From the NCBI GenBank assembly GCA_963845425.1, contig CAWJSC010000017.1, forward strand, positions 123,843 through 187,842: DNA of 64,000 nucleotides, given 5' to 3'. The first letter of the stretch is position 1, and the number at the start of each line of letters is the position of its first letter. The position numbers and the translations under genes are program-made. Shown here one piece after another: positions 8,066 to 21,305 of the stretch. Below the pieces are notes generated by a model. The model was not told the origin of the DNA. It did no database searches and saw nothing but the letters and a program-made list of their open reading frames with translations. This DNA comes from an uncultured Microthrixaceae bacterium (lineage in GTDB: Bacteria > Actinomycetota > Acidimicrobiia > Acidimicrobiales > DATDAH01).

Positions 8066-10306
8066 GTGCGACGTCTGGCCCGCTTCGTCATCCTGCGGCG
8101 CTGGATCGTCATCGCCGTCGCGGCCTTCGTGGTGATCGCCGCCGGGCTCTTCGGCGCGGGGGTCGCCGATCGCCTCTCGCTGGGGGGCTTCGGTGACCCG
8201 TCATCGGAATCCGAGCGGGCGCTGGAGATCCTCGACGAGGAGTTCCCGAGCAGCACACCGGACCTCGTCCTGGTCGTGACCGCGGCCAGCGGCGACGTCG
8301 ACGACCCCGGGGTCGTCGAGGTCGGTGAGGCCCTGACCGAGGACCTGGCGGCCGAGCCCGGCGTCACCGCCGCCCTGTCCCACTGGTCGATCGGGCTCGG
8401 CGAGCTGTCCCCCCTGCGCAGCGAGGACGGGACCCAGGCGCTGGTGTTCGCCACGCTGGAGGGCGACGAGAGCGACGTCGTGCACCTGTCCGGCGAGCTG
8501 TCCGAGACCTACTCGGGTGAGCGAGACGGCATCACCGTCGTCGCCACCGGCCGAGGGGAGGTCACCCGCCAGGTCAGCGAGCAGTCCGAGGAGGACCTCC
8601 AGCGAGCCGAATTGCTGAGTGCGCCGATCATCCTGGCCGCGCTCGTCATCGTCTTCGGGTCGCTGGTCGCCGCCTTCGTGCCCCTGGTGGTCGGCGTCGT
8701 GGCCGTGCTCGGCACCTTCCTCGTCCTCACCCTCCTCACGGGCCTGACCGACGTGTCGATCTTCGCCCTGAACATCACCACCGCCATGGGGTTGGGTCTC
8801 GGCATCGACTACAGCCTCTTCATGGTGTCGCGGTACCGGGAGGAGCTGGCCGCGGGCCAGCCGATGGAGGTCGCGTTGGCCCGCACGATGCAGACCGCAG
8901 GCCGCACCGTGGCGTTCAGCGGGGCGACGGTCGCCATCTCCCTCGCCGCGCTCCTGCTCTTCCCCGTGCCGTACATCCGGTCATTCGCCTACGCCGGCGT
9001 GGCCGTCGTGGTCCTGGCCGCGGTGAGCTCGGTGGTCGTGCTCCCCGCGATGCTGGCCATCCTCGGGCCCCGGATCGACAAGGGCCGGCTGTTCAAGCGC
9101 CGCGAGCCCGGGGGCCTCTGGCACCGGCAGGCCGTTCGGGTGATGAAGCGACCGTGGCCCTACATCCTGGCCGTCACGGCCCTCCTCCTGGCCCTCGCCG
9201 GCCCGTTCCTCGACCTGCGCACCGGCTCGGTCGACGACCGCGTCCTGCCGGAGACGGCGTCGAGTCGGGCGGCCCTCGACGACATCCGGGCCGGGTTCCC
9301 CGGCCGGGAGTCCTCCGCGCTGAGCATCGTGCTCCCCGGCGGCGCCGCCGACCTCGACGCGCTCACCGCCTACGCCATCGAGGTGTCGGCGCTGGACGAC
9401 GTCGAGCGGGTGGACGGCGTCACCGGCTCGTTCGTCGACGGCGAGCAGCTGGCCCCGGCCGAGCTGATCCCGCCGGACCTCCTCGCCCGGTTCGAGAGCG
9501 CGGAGGACCCCGAGGACACCTGGTTGTCCGCCGTGCCCACCGTCGAGCCGATCTCCAGCGCCGGTGAGGAGCTGGTGGGCGCCGTCCGCGCCGTGCCCGG
9601 CCCGGTCGACGAGGTGCTCGTGGGCGGCACCTCGGCCCAGCTGGTGGACACCAAGGCCGCCATCAGCGATCGCCTCCCGTGGGCGGTCGGCCTCGTCGTC
9701 GTGGCCACCTTCACCCTCCTCTTCCTCATGGTGGGCAGCCTCCTGGTCCCGCTCAAGGCGCTGGTGCTCAACGTGCTGTCGCTGACCGCCACCTTCGGCG
9801 CGATGGTCTGGGTGTTCCAGAAGGGGAACCTGGCCGACACCCTCGGGTTCACCGCGACCGGTTTCATCGACGTGACCACGCCGCTGCTGATGTTCTGCAT
9901 CGCCTTCGGTCTGTCGATGGACTACGAGGTCTTCCTCCTGTCCCGGATCAAGGAGGAGTACGACCTCGATCGCGACAACGAGCGAGCCGTGGCGATCGGG
10001 CTCGAGAAGACCGGTCGGATCGTCACCGCGGCCGCCCTGCTGTTGGCGATCGTGTTCGTGGCCATCGCCCTCTCCGAGGTGATGGTGGTGAAGCTCTTCG
10101 GTGTCGGGCTGGCGCTCGCGGTCCTGGTCGACGCCTTCCTGATCCGGGCGACCCTGGTCCCCGCCCTCATGCGACTGGCCGGCCGCGCCAACTGGTGGGC
10201 CCCCCGACCACTGCGCCGCTTCCACCTCCGCTTCGGCATCTGGGAGAACGAGCCGATCGACCTGCTCGACCGCCGGGACGGCCTGGTCGCTGAGGACGAT
10301 CGCTGA
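8066..10306 (+). CDS. MMPL-family (RND superfamily) membrane transporter
   Basis: 746 aa with two 6-TM-like hydrophobic blocks separated by soluble loops. Characteristic GLGIDYSLFMVSRYREE and GLSMDYEVFLLSRIKEEY repeats. Confidence 0.9.
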   Translation: MRRLARFVILRRWIVIAVAAFVVIAAGLFGAGVADRLSLGGFGDPSSESERALEILDEEFPSSTPDLVLVVTAASGDVDDPGVVEVGEALTEDLAAEPGVTAALSHWSIGLGELSPLRSEDGTQALVFATLEGDESDVVHLSGELSETYSGERDGITVVATGRGEVTRQVSEQSEEDLQRAELLSAPIILAALVIVFGSLVAAFVPLVVGVVAVLGTFLVLTLLTGLTDVSIFALNITTAMGLGLGIDYSLFMVSRYREELAAGQPMEVALARTMQTAGRTVAFSGATVAISLAALLLFPVPYIRSFAYAGVAVVVLAAVSSVVVLPAMLAILGPRIDKGRLFKRREPGGLWHRQAVRVMKRPWPYILAVTALLLALAGPFLDLRTGSVDDRVLPETASSRAALDDIRAGFPGRESSALSIVLPGGAADLDALTAYAIEVSALDDVERVDGVTGSFVDGEQLAPAELIPPDLLARFESAEDPEDTWLSAVPTVEPISSAGEELVGAVRAVPGPVDEVLVGGTSAQLVDTKAAISDRLPWAVGLVVVATFTLLFLMVGSLLVPLKALVLNVLSLTATFGAMVWVFQKGNLADTLGFTATGFIDVTTPLLMFCIAFGLSMDYEVFLLSRIKEEYDLDRDNERAVAIGLEKTGRIVTAAALLLAIVFVAIALSEVMVVKLFGVGLALAVLVDAFLIRATLVPALMRLAGRANWWAPRPLRRFHLRFGIWENEPIDLLDRRDGLVAEDDR

Positions 10307-10327
10307 CCTCAGGTCACGGCGAGGAGC

Positions 10328-12118
10328 TCAGTCCCGCGCCCGGACCTCGTCCCACCAAGGTCCCAACGTGGCCAACCCCTCCCGATGACCGACCGCCACG
10401 AGCTCGTCGAAGCGGTCGAAGTCGAGAATGGGGAACTGCTCGACGTCAGGGCGCACCAGCACGTCGCCCCGGTCCGCCGTGTCGTGGCTGCCTCCGCCCA
10501 ACTCGGTCAGCCGGGCCAGGAGGGAGACGATGCCCACGATCTCGGGTGAACGGCGGCCGGGATGGATGCGGTCCACGAGGATCCGCCATCCCCCCATGAC
10601 CGTGGAGTCGGGGAGGTCGCCGGCCTGCAGCCCTCGACGCACCCCGACGTCGACCGCGATCGCGGTGATGCCGTCGTGGCCCCGCCGCATCTCGTCCACG
10701 GGCAGGTTGTCGACCAGGCCACCGTCGACGAGGACGTCGCCGTCCTGTGCCACGGGAGGGAACACCCCGGGGATCGACATGCTGGCCCGGATGGCCCGCC
10801 ACGCCAGGCCCCTTCGGTGCACCATCGGCCCCATCCGGGTGAGGTTGGTCGAGACGCAGAAGAAGTCCAGCCAGAGGTCCTCGATGTCCGCATCCCCGGC
10901 CGCGGCCTGCAACCGCTCCGAGATCCGCCGTCCGGAGGCGATCGAAGAGACCGGAAGCGTCAGATCGAGCGGGTTGGACTCGGTCACCATGCCCCGCCGG
11001 AGCACGTCGGCGACCCCGTCGATCGGCCAGCCCCGGGCGACGGCGCCGGCGACGAGGGAACCCGCGCTGGTCCCACCGATGGCATCGATCGGGATCCCGA
11101 GCTCGCCCATGGCGCGGATGACACCGATCTCGGCCATGCCCCGGGCGCCGCCGCCCGAGAGCACCAGACCCAGGCCCCGGTCGGTCAGGAGCCGGCCGAC
11201 CCGGGCGACGTCGCCGACGGCTCCTTCGCGGACGTGGTGGTGCCGACGCAGATCCCGGTCCACCAGCCACCGATGCGTGCCCGTCGGGACCTTCAGCTGA
11301 GGTGAGTGCACCAGGACCAGCTCGACGGCGACGGGCACCCGTCGGCGATGGTCGGCCAGCACCCGCTCCACAGGGGCAGGGACCGGTGGTCGAGCGCCGT
11401 CGCCCACGAGGAGCACCACATCGGCTTGGCGCAGACAGCGTCGGGTCCACTCGTCGTCATCCGTGCCCGCGAGGTAGAGCACGAGGTGGTGGTCGTGCTC
11501 GAGCGCGTTCAGCCACGCAGTGACCGACGGACCGGCCGGCGCGTCCTCGGCGGCGACGACGGCGAGCGACGGCATCGCGGTGGCCAGTTCCGTCGCCAGC
11601 ATCTCCACGAACCCGCGGCCGCGGTCACCCTCGTGGAGCACGACCGCGGCGATCGTGGCCACGGGGCGGACGGAGCTCTCCCCCGCCGAGATCTTGCGCA
11701 GGCGCTCGATGACCTGCCCGGCGATGGGACGGAGCAGCATCGGGGACTGGGCCAGCAGCTCCTCGAAGGCCTCCACCGAGAGGCGGAGCACGAGGGAGTC
11801 GCGAAGCGCCACCACCGTCGCCCCCCGGGGCCGCGCGGTGAGCAGCGCCGCCTCGCCGACGACTTCACCACGACCGGCCTCCCCGATCACCGTGAGATCG
11901 TCATCGGCGCCCAGCCGGGCCTGCAGCCGCCCCGAGAAGACCAGGTAGATGCCGTCGGCGGGGTCGCCCTCGCGGATGAGGACCTCGCCGCCCTGGACCA
12001 TCACCGTCTCGAGTCGGCCGGCCAGCAATTGCCGCTCCGCGTCGTCCAGGGCGCCGAACAGCTCGGACTCGGCCAGGAACGCCAGCACCTCCTCGGATGC
12101 CAGTTCGGCCTCGGCCAT
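10328..12118 (-). CDS. CNB-domain / patatin-like phospholipase fusion (NTE-family esterase type)
   Basis: 596 aa. N-terminal CNB domain (LFGALDDAERQLL...VVGEAALLTARPRGATVVA). Patatin motifs: SGGGARG, GTSAG (GxSxG), DGGLVDNLP. Confidence 0.9.
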   Translation of the reverse strand: MAEAELASEEVLAFLAESELFGALDDAERQLLAGRLETVMVQGGEVLIREGDPADGIYLVFSGRLQARLGADDDLTVIGEAGRGEVVGEAALLTARPRGATVVALRDSLVLRLSVEAFEELLAQSPMLLRPIAGQVIERLRKISAGESSVRPVATIAAVVLHEGDRGRGFVEMLATELATAMPSLAVVAAEDAPAGPSVTAWLNALEHDHHLVLYLAGTDDDEWTRRCLRQADVVLLVGDGARPPVPAPVERVLADHRRRVPVAVELVLVHSPQLKVPTGTHRWLVDRDLRRHHHVREGAVGDVARVGRLLTDRGLGLVLSGGGARGMAEIGVIRAMGELGIPIDAIGGTSAGSLVAGAVARGWPIDGVADVLRRGMVTESNPLDLTLPVSSIASGRRISERLQAAAGDADIEDLWLDFFCVSTNLTRMGPMVHRRGLAWRAIRASMSIPGVFPPVAQDGDVLVDGGLVDNLPVDEMRRGHDGITAIAVDVGVRRGLQAGDLPDSTVMGGWRILVDRIHPGRRSPEIVGIVSLLARLTELGGGSHDTADRGDVLVRPDVEQFPILDFDRFDELVAVGHREGLATLGPWWDEVRARD

Positions 12119-12179
12119 CGACGAGAAGGTAGAGGACGGCGCGCCCCGCCCGCGACCGCGGTCGGCCCAGGCCCTTCGC

Positions 12180-13793
12180 TCAGCGCCTCTCGGCGGCGAT
12201 GCTGCTGGCCACCCCGTGGGCTTGGGGCGTCCCGGTCAGCGCCTCGATGAAGTCGGCCCGCTCCAGTGTCCAGAGCTCTCCGGCCGTCCGGGCCTCGACG
12301 GTGGCGTTGCGGGGCTCGTCGAGGAGCAGCGCGACCTCACCGAAGGAGTCCCCCGGGCCCAACTCGGCCAGGGACCCCTCACCGCGACGGACGCCGAAGA
12401 CCCCCCGCTCGACGATGTAGAAGCGGTCCCCGACCTCACCCTCGGTGATGACCCGCTGCCCAGCGTCGACGCCGACGCGCTCGAGCCGCAGGGCCAGGCC
12501 CTCCATGGTCGCCGGGTCGAGGGCCCGGGTGATGGGCACCAGGCGTAGGAGGCCGAGTTGGCGCTCGGGGGCCGCCGTGCCCTGCTCCGCCCGACTGAGG
12601 ACCCACCCCGACACCAGGGCGGCCACCACGGTCGCGGCACCGATGATCGCGAACGCCTGGGGCACGGTGAACAAGGAGTCGAGGGGCGCGGCGATGACCG
12701 CCCCGACGAACGTCGAGCCGATGAAGGCGGCCTCCGCCAGTCCGAGGGCGCGGGTGAGCAACGGACCGGGGACGAGCCGCTGCAGGAGGGTCCGGGTGGC
12801 CAGATCGGCGACGGCGGCCGCGGTGGCGGCCACCATCAGGACGAGGACAGCTGCGGCGAGATCGGGGGCATAGCCGACCGTCGCCAGCACCGCCCCCCAC
12901 CCGACCAGACCCTGCGCCACCCAGCGACTCAGCCGGGCCCGACCGGCGAGGAGGCCGGCGGCGATCCCGCCGAGCACCAACCCGGCCCCGAGCCCGGCGC
13001 TGAGCCACCCCACGGCGGCGTCGCCGACGTCCAGCGTGTCGACGGCGAGCGGGACCACCAGCACGCGGGCGGCGCCCATCGCGACGTTGATGACCACGAT
13101 GCTCCCGAAGGCGGCCCGGGCGCCGGGGCCCTGGCGCAGGACGCGGAGGCCGTCGCGCAACTCGCTGCGGGCGCTGGCCGGAGAGCGGGTGAGGGCCGGT
13201 CGATGATGGTGGTGAAGGGTGGCCAGTCCCAGGCCGGCCGGTACGAGGAGGGCCGCGGCGATGGCGAACACCGCGCCCACGGACATCAGGGCCAGGACCA
13301 GCCCGGCCAGGAGGGGGGCCACCAGGCTGCCGATCCCCTCGGCGCTGGAGAGCACGGCGTTCGCCGCCGTGAGGTCCTCGGGACCGTCGGCCACCTCGGG
13401 CAGGAGGCTGCGGTGCAGCGGTCGGGTGGCCGCCACGATCACCGAGATCAGGGCGGCGGCCACGTAGGCGACGGCCGGGGGCCCGTCGGCGAGCAGGACC
13501 GCGGCGCCGGCCGCGCACGACAACCCGAGGGCGAGATAGCGGCGCCGAAGGAGAACGGCCGGACCGTGGCGGTCACCGGCCGTCGCCGCCAACGGCGCGA
13601 TCAGGGCGGAGGGTGCGAGTTGGATCGCGGCCACGAGCGCCACGGCACCGGTACCGCCCCGTTCGTAGGCGTAGACGAGAATGGCGATGTAGGTGCTCAG
13701 GTCGGCGACGACGAACACGACATAGGCCAGCGCCAGGCGGCGGAGGTCACGTGACTCCATGACCCGCCGCAGCGGGCTGTCTCGCGTGGCCAC
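12180..13793 (-). CDS. MFS transporter with C-terminal CNB domain
   Basis: 537 aa with about 12 hydrophobic segments. The C-terminus reads VPITRALDPATMEGLA...RFYIVERG...SFGEVALLLDEPRNATVEA. GTG 13793 is the track start; ATG 13760 (MESRDLRR...) is an alternative. Confidence 0.85.
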   Translation of the reverse strand: MATRDSPLRRVMESRDLRRLALAYVVFVVADLSTYIAILVYAYERGGTGAVALVAAIQLAPSALIAPLAATAGDRHGPAVLLRRRYLALGLSCAAGAAVLLADGPPAVAYVAAALISVIVAATRPLHRSLLPEVADGPEDLTAANAVLSSAEGIGSLVAPLLAGLVLALMSVGAVFAIAAALLVPAGLGLATLHHHHRPALTRSPASARSELRDGLRVLRQGPGARAAFGSIVVINVAMGAARVLVVPLAVDTLDVGDAAVGWLSAGLGAGLVLGGIAAGLLAGRARLSRWVAQGLVGWGAVLATVGYAPDLAAAVLVLMVAATAAAVADLATRTLLQRLVPGPLLTRALGLAEAAFIGSTFVGAVIAAPLDSLFTVPQAFAIIGAATVVAALVSGWVLSRAEQGTAAPERQLGLLRLVPITRALDPATMEGLALRLERVGVDAGQRVITEGEVGDRFYIVERGVFGVRRGEGSLAELGPGDSFGEVALLLDEPRNATVEARTAGELWTLERADFIEALTGTPQAHGVASSIAAERR

Positions 13794-14035
13794 GGGCCGG
13801 AAGGTAACGAGCGAGGACCGCCGAATCCCGGGCTGTCAGATGCTCTTCACCGGCCCGTAACGAACGGGCCGGCCGCCTGTCCCGGGGCCCCGTCGGGCCG
13901 GTCGACGGCCCCAGAGGAAACATCTCGGCCACAAACGTCTCATGGTCGCGACAGCACCGGGCGAGCGGGGCCGCGGGACTGTCGCTGCGGCCCGAAGCGA
14001 TGTACCTTCGAGCGCCAGATGCGGAAGGGAACCCC

Positions 14036-15376
14036 ATGAACATTCGTCTACGAGCACTGATCGCGGTCGCCGCGGTCATCACGATGGTTGCGGTCGGCCT
14101 GACGACGGGCGGCGGATCCGATGCGGGCGCGACGTCCGGTGACCTACAACCGCCGGAGGGATGCATCGACGTCAGTCCGGAGACCGGCGAGGTCGTCTAC
14201 AGCTGCACGATCCGAGGCCGGGCTTCTGCGCCTGCACCTCGGAACCTCCGACTACTTCCGGTTCGAGCCGGTGGGCCCCAGGACCGATCAACCAGGCGAT
14301 CAGCACCTCCGGTTGCCGGGCGACCCTGGCCACGGCGAACCGACTGGTGACCCTCACCCCCGGTCCGTCCGGAGCGACGCTCGGGCAGCGACGGGACAGC
14401 CTCGGGACCCAGTTCAACGAGGGGAACGGCGAACCGTGCGCCCAGGTCAACAACACGGGTACGAACGGTCAGAGCCTGGTCCTCTCGCTCGGCTCCGGCA
14501 TCGGCGTCGACGGCGCGCTCGTGGACTGGGCCGAGATCGATTTCGAACGCAAGTACGACGGTGTCGTCCGAGCCCAGTTCTTCGCGGGCGGCCCGCAGGG
14601 AACGTCGGTCGGCGAGCTGCTCCTCGGCTGCTCCGCCACCCTCAGCGACTGCGGGCCGGACTCCGGCGACGGTGACAACTTCCGGCTCGACACCCAGAAC
14701 CCGCCCGGCGGCCAGCCCTCGCCGGAGCCGTTCGACACGATCGTCCTCAGCCTCGACGCCTCGGGCCCGTCCAACGGGGCGTTCTCCCTCGAGGGCGGGG
14801 CCGACGGCACCGCACCGGGACCGGTCGGCTCGACCCTGTCGGTGAACCCCAACGACTCGCTCTTCCACGTGATCACCCGCGAGACGATCACCTACGACGG
14901 GACGCTCGACTGCACCGACACCGCCACCGTCGACGTGCCGAGCGACCCGGAGAGCCCGGCCACGAGCTCCACGCGTCACCCGTATGGAGAACAAGGACGG
15001 CGGCTGCGCGCTCGTTCCCTACACCCTCGAGGCCGGGTACGACGGCGACGGCGAGCAGACGGTGGACTTCATCGTGGACCTGACCGGCCAGGCGACCGCC
15101 GAATTCGAGTGGCGCGTGGAGTGGGACCCCGAGCCCGCCACCTACCCGCTCACCAAGACGACCTCGATCGACTTCGGTGACGGCCCCAACCCGTTGCAGT
15201 GGTGCGGCGGCACCTATGACCCCGACGGGGCCACGCCCGACGACCGGATGGCGGCCGTCGTCCCCATCAGCGGGTTGAGCGGGTGCCTCGCCTACCAGCA
15301 GCAGGTCCTGACCGGCGGCCAGGTCCAGGTGACCGAGGTGCTCCTGCTCAGCGACGACCCACGCGTGTCCCGCTAG
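14036..15376 (+). pseudogene. Secreted protein of unknown function, reading frame broken at least 3 times
   Basis: GGAAGGGA SD followed by ATG 14036. Signal peptide MNIRLRALIAVAAVITMVAVGL. High-GC3 coding signal hops frames at about 14205-14215, 14285-14295 and 14955-14983. The pieces fall in track ORFs 14000.., 14121.., 14161.. and 14984... The joined product has Cys pairs and no family I recognise. Confidence 0.55.
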
Positions 15377-15379
15377 GCG

Positions 15380-18300
15380 TCACCCGCTGAGCTCCAGCGA
15401 GGCGGGTGGGCGCGCCCCCAGACGGGACAGCAGCTCACCCGCCTCCTGCCGGGCACCCGGATCGTCCTCGGCGACGGCGGCCCGGGCCGAGAGGAGCATC
15501 GCCAGGTCGTAGACGAGCTCCTGGCGCCGCGCCGTGGCGATGCCCTCGTCGATGCGCTCGAGCCCGACTCGACGGACCCCGCCGCGGCCAGGGCCAGACC
15601 CTCCACCCGGGCCAGCGCAGCCTCGAACATCGCCGTCCCCTCGCCGGCCACGCGCTCGGCCTCGGTGAGCCGGGTCAGCGCGGCGGCCGGGTCGCCGGCC
15701 ACGAGGTCGCACTCGGCCCGGTAGATGGCGGCTTCGAGCAGGCTGCTGTCGAGCCCCATGTCGGCCACGTCCACCAGCACCTGGTCCAGGAGCCCGGTGG
15801 CCACGCCGAGGTCGCCGAGGGCGAGCCGGGCCCGGGCCAGGTTGATCTCCGCGTAGGTGGCACCGTCGACGAAGCCCGACGCCCGCAGCGTGCGCGCGGC
15901 CTCGGTCAGCGGCTTGACCGCGTCCTCGATCCGACCCTGACACACCCGGATCTCCCCCACGAAGGCGGTCGCCAGCGCCGACTGCACGGTGTCGCCGGTC
16001 CGCTCCGCGGCCGCTCGCGCCTGTTCGAGATGATCGAGGGCCCGATCCCAGTCGCCGACGTAGTAGAGCTCGAAGGCGAGGTTGTTGTGGACCTTGGACT
16101 GGCCCGTCAGGTCGCCCAACTCCTCGTAGATGGCGAGCGCCTCGAGCGTGTTCTGCTCGCCCGCGGGCCGACCGAGCATCCGGGTCATCCCGTCGATCAT
16201 CAGCAGGGCCTGGGCGAGACCCTCGAGCTCGCCTGCGGCGCGGGCCCCCGCCACGGCGTCCTCGGCCAGCCGCAGGCTGTCCGCCGGCCGCTCCTGGGCA
16301 CAGCGGATCCCGGATCGAAGCGCCAGAGCCCGGGCGGCGAGCCGGTCCGCCTCGACCGAGTCGACGTCGTCGAGCACGCTGACGACCTTGGCCGTGTCGC
16401 GCAGGGCGACGCTGAAGCGACCGGCCCGCTCGTAGGCCCGGGCCCGCTTGAGGATCGCGCCGGCCACCATCTCGGGGCCGACGGCCAGCCGGGCGGCCCG
16501 ACCGTAGGCGTCGAGCGCCTCGTCGAAGCGCGCGGATGCGAGGTGCACGTCGCCGAGGTGCGTCCAGACCTCGCCGAGCTCGTCGAGCCCGACGGTGCCC
16601 AGCCGCCGGGCCGCCGCGAGCGCCCATTCGTAGTGCGTCGCCGCCGCCATGTTGGCCGCCGCGTCCCGGGCCCGGTCACCGGCGAGCCGGGCGTAGGTCC
16701 ACGCCTCGGCGTACTGCTGGGCCCGGAAGTGGTGCAGCGACAGCAGGTCGACCATCCCGTCGAGGTCGTCGCCGCCGGCCTCGCGGGTGATCGTCGCCGC
16801 GCGCGCGTGCAACTGGCGTCGACGGGCGAAGGACAGCCTCTCGTAGGCCGCGTCGCGCACGACGGCCTGGCGGAACCGGATCCGATCGGGTTCCTCGGGT
16901 TCCAGGAACCGGGCGAGATCGTCGCGGGTCGCCTCATCGATGTGCACGGCGTCGTCGGCCAGCAACGAGTTCAAGGACGACAGCCGCATGCTCGTCCCGA
17001 GCACCGAGGCGTAGCGCAGGACCCGGTGGGGCAGAGGCCGCAGGGCGTCGATCTGGGTGCCGATCACCGCCTCCAGCGTCTCGGGGAGGTCGGCGCCGTC
17101 CGCGTCGCGACGGGCCTGGAGCAGCCCGTCGAGGTGCAGGGGGTTGCCGCCGGACTGCTCCACGAGGCGAGCCACGTCGTGGGGACGCAGCGGCGAGGCC
17201 GCGGTCGCCTCGTTGACCAGCGCGGTGGCGGCATCCTCCTCGAGCGGCGCCAGCTCGATGGTCACCGAAGAACCCAGCTCGACACCCGGCGTGTCGGAGC
17301 GGCGGGTGGCGATCACGAGCCAGCCCTGGTCGTGGGCGCGGGCGGCGATCCGCTCCACCAGGCCGACCGACGTGTCATCCAGCCAGTGGGTGTCCTCGGC
17401 CACGACCACCACCGACGACCCCGAGACGAGGCTCGCCAACTCGACGATGACGTCGGCCGTGCGGTCGGGCAGGAATCGGGGCTCGATGGCCCGGGACTCG
17501 GGGGTCGAGGCGACATCGATGTGGGCGACCCGGGCCACGAGCGGCAGGAGCGGTTCGAGATGGGGGGCGAGCGTCCGCACCCGGTCGCGGAGCGCGGCCT
17601 GTTGGGCCTCCGGGCCCCCTGCTCCCGCCCCCAGGATCCGCCGCACCGGGTCACGGAAGGCCCGGTAGGGCATGGCGCTGCCGTAGGACTCGCCGCGGAT
17701 GGTGACGACCGGCATCGAGAGGCCGGTCGTCACCTCGTCGACCAGCCTCGACTTGCCCGCCCCCACCTCACCCACGAGTTCGATCACGCCGCCGACCCCG
17801 TCGGACACGAGTCGGTCCAGCGCGGTCTGCACGACGGCCAGTTCGGCGTCGCGGCCCACGAAGGGCAGCTCCTCGCTCGGCGGGTCTTGGCGATCACCGA
17901 CCTCACCGCCCACCGCGTAGGCGTGGACCTTGGCGGACTTGCCTTTGACCGCGAACGGCTCGAGCTCGACGGTCTCGAACACGGTCGCCGACCGGTCGAG
18001 CACGGCCGGGGTGGCGTAGAGCTCACCCGGCGGGGCCGCGGCCATCAGCCGGGCCGCCAGGTTCACCGTGTCGCCCATGACGGTGTAGGCGGAGCGGAAG
18101 GGCGCGCCGATCTCGCCGGCGAAGACATGGCCTCGATTGACGCCGATCTTGATCGGGAGGGTGGTCGGGGCATCGACGACGGCCCGCAGGGCCCGCAGCA
18201 TCCGCCGCTCGTCCTCCTCCACCGCGATCGGCACCCCGGCGGTGAGGATGAACTTGCCGCCGTCGGCGTCGATGTCGGAGGCGAGGAAGCAGATCCCCTG

Positions 18301-19161
18301 GCGCTCGGCCGCGTGCTGCACGACCCGGGTCACCTCGTCGAGGGCGGCGGCCACCGCATCGGGCCCGAGCCGGTCGTGCAGCTCGTCGACGCCCTTGTAC
18401 TTGACGAAGGCCACGACGCCGACGCGGTGCTCGGGCTCGACCTCACCGGTCTGCAGGTGGCCGCGCAGGCCGACCGGGATGCAGCGCACCACCGCTTCGA
18501 TCGGAACGGCGCGGCGGGTGCGAGGGCCGACGGGAGCCACCGGCGGCTTGCGCCACTTCAGGATCCAGCCGTCCCCCTTGGCGACGGTGGCCGCGCCCCG
18601 GGGGAGGGCGTCGCGGACGGCGGTGCTGACCACGATCTCCCCGGCGTCGGCCGTGCCCTCCATCTCGATGGTCCCGGTGGCGCCGGGGCCGGTGATGATC
18701 AGCTCCCGGTGGGAGTCGCCCACCAGGTAGGCGTGCATGGTGCCGGTGTGGAGGCCGATCGACATCTTCAGCGGTACCCGCCCGACCGAGGTGGCGATCC
18801 GAGCCGACTCCCGCAGCGCGGCCCGCATCTCCACCGCGGCCCCGCAGGCCTGCACCACGTGTCCGTCGCCGCGGAACAACAGGAGCAGGGCGTCGCCGCC
18901 GAACTTGACGAGGTTCCCGCCGCGCTCGTGGGCGAGCGAGATCATCGACCCGAACACCCGCCGGAGGACCTCGGTCAGCTCCTCGGCGCCGATCCGGCCC
19001 CGGGCGGCCAGCTTCTCGGAGAGGTTGGTGAAGCCGGAGATGTCGACGAAGCACATCGTCGCGTCGAGCTCCCGGTGGAGGGCACCCGGCGTGTCGAGGT
19101 CCCATTCCGCGGCGACAGCCGGCACGTAGCGGATCGCCGCACCACCGGTGTCCTCGCTCAC
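15380..19161 (-). CDS. Tandem class III adenylate/guanylate-cyclase domains + AAA/STAND ATPase + TPR-like repeats (one apparent frameshift near the 3' end)
   Basis: CHD1: FVDISGFT...KFGGDALLLLF. CHD2: ...GVNRGHVFAGEIG...YTVMGDTVNLAARL. P-loop: GEVGAGKSRL. Long helical-repeat C-terminus. After about 15560-15575 the plausible sequence continues in the frame of track ORF 15380..16627 (...GLERIDEGIATARRQELVYDLAMLLSARAAV...LELSG*). Confidence 0.85.
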
Positions 19162-19237
19162 CCGCGACCCGCTCCCGGCACGACCACCATTGTGGCGTGC
19201 CTCCGGGAGGGTGGTGATCGCGGGTGCTCGACCGGGC

Positions 19238-21031
<1,794 letters not shown>

Positions 21032-21305
21032 GCGACATGCACCGGGCCGACCGTAGCCAAGCGGGGCCTGCCGGACACCCGAGTCGTTCGCTGTCCCCGT
21101 CGATCTCGTGCGCCCCGTGACCGTCCGGTCCCTGGTCCCGGGCCGGTGGCGTGACGACCGATGCGGGTCGGGCCCGCCGGTAGGGTCCGCGCCGTCCCGT
21201 TCGTCCTGAATGGGCCCGAAAGGCGCATCGCATGACGGCAGTGCTCCCCCGCATGGTTCGGCTGTTCCTCGTAGCGCGGCTGACGGCCACCGGCGGGACT
21301 GACCC

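Noticed and set aside
7050-13793. CNB-patatin plus cyclase as a bona fide CBASS/Pycsar anti-phage system
   Set aside because: There is no CD-NTase and no compact two-gene operon. The cyclase is a large STAND/TPR signalling protein, and similar CNB fusions are housekeeping genes in mycobacteria. I retained this only as a low-probability alternative inside the island finding.
21032-21305. 274-bp divergent intergenic region checked for a tRNA or small RNA gene (contains GGTTCGG-like stretch)
   Set aside because: No cloverleaf-compatible stems and no canonical T-loop (GGTTCGAAT) or anticodon arm could be drawn. It is most likely just promoter DNA.
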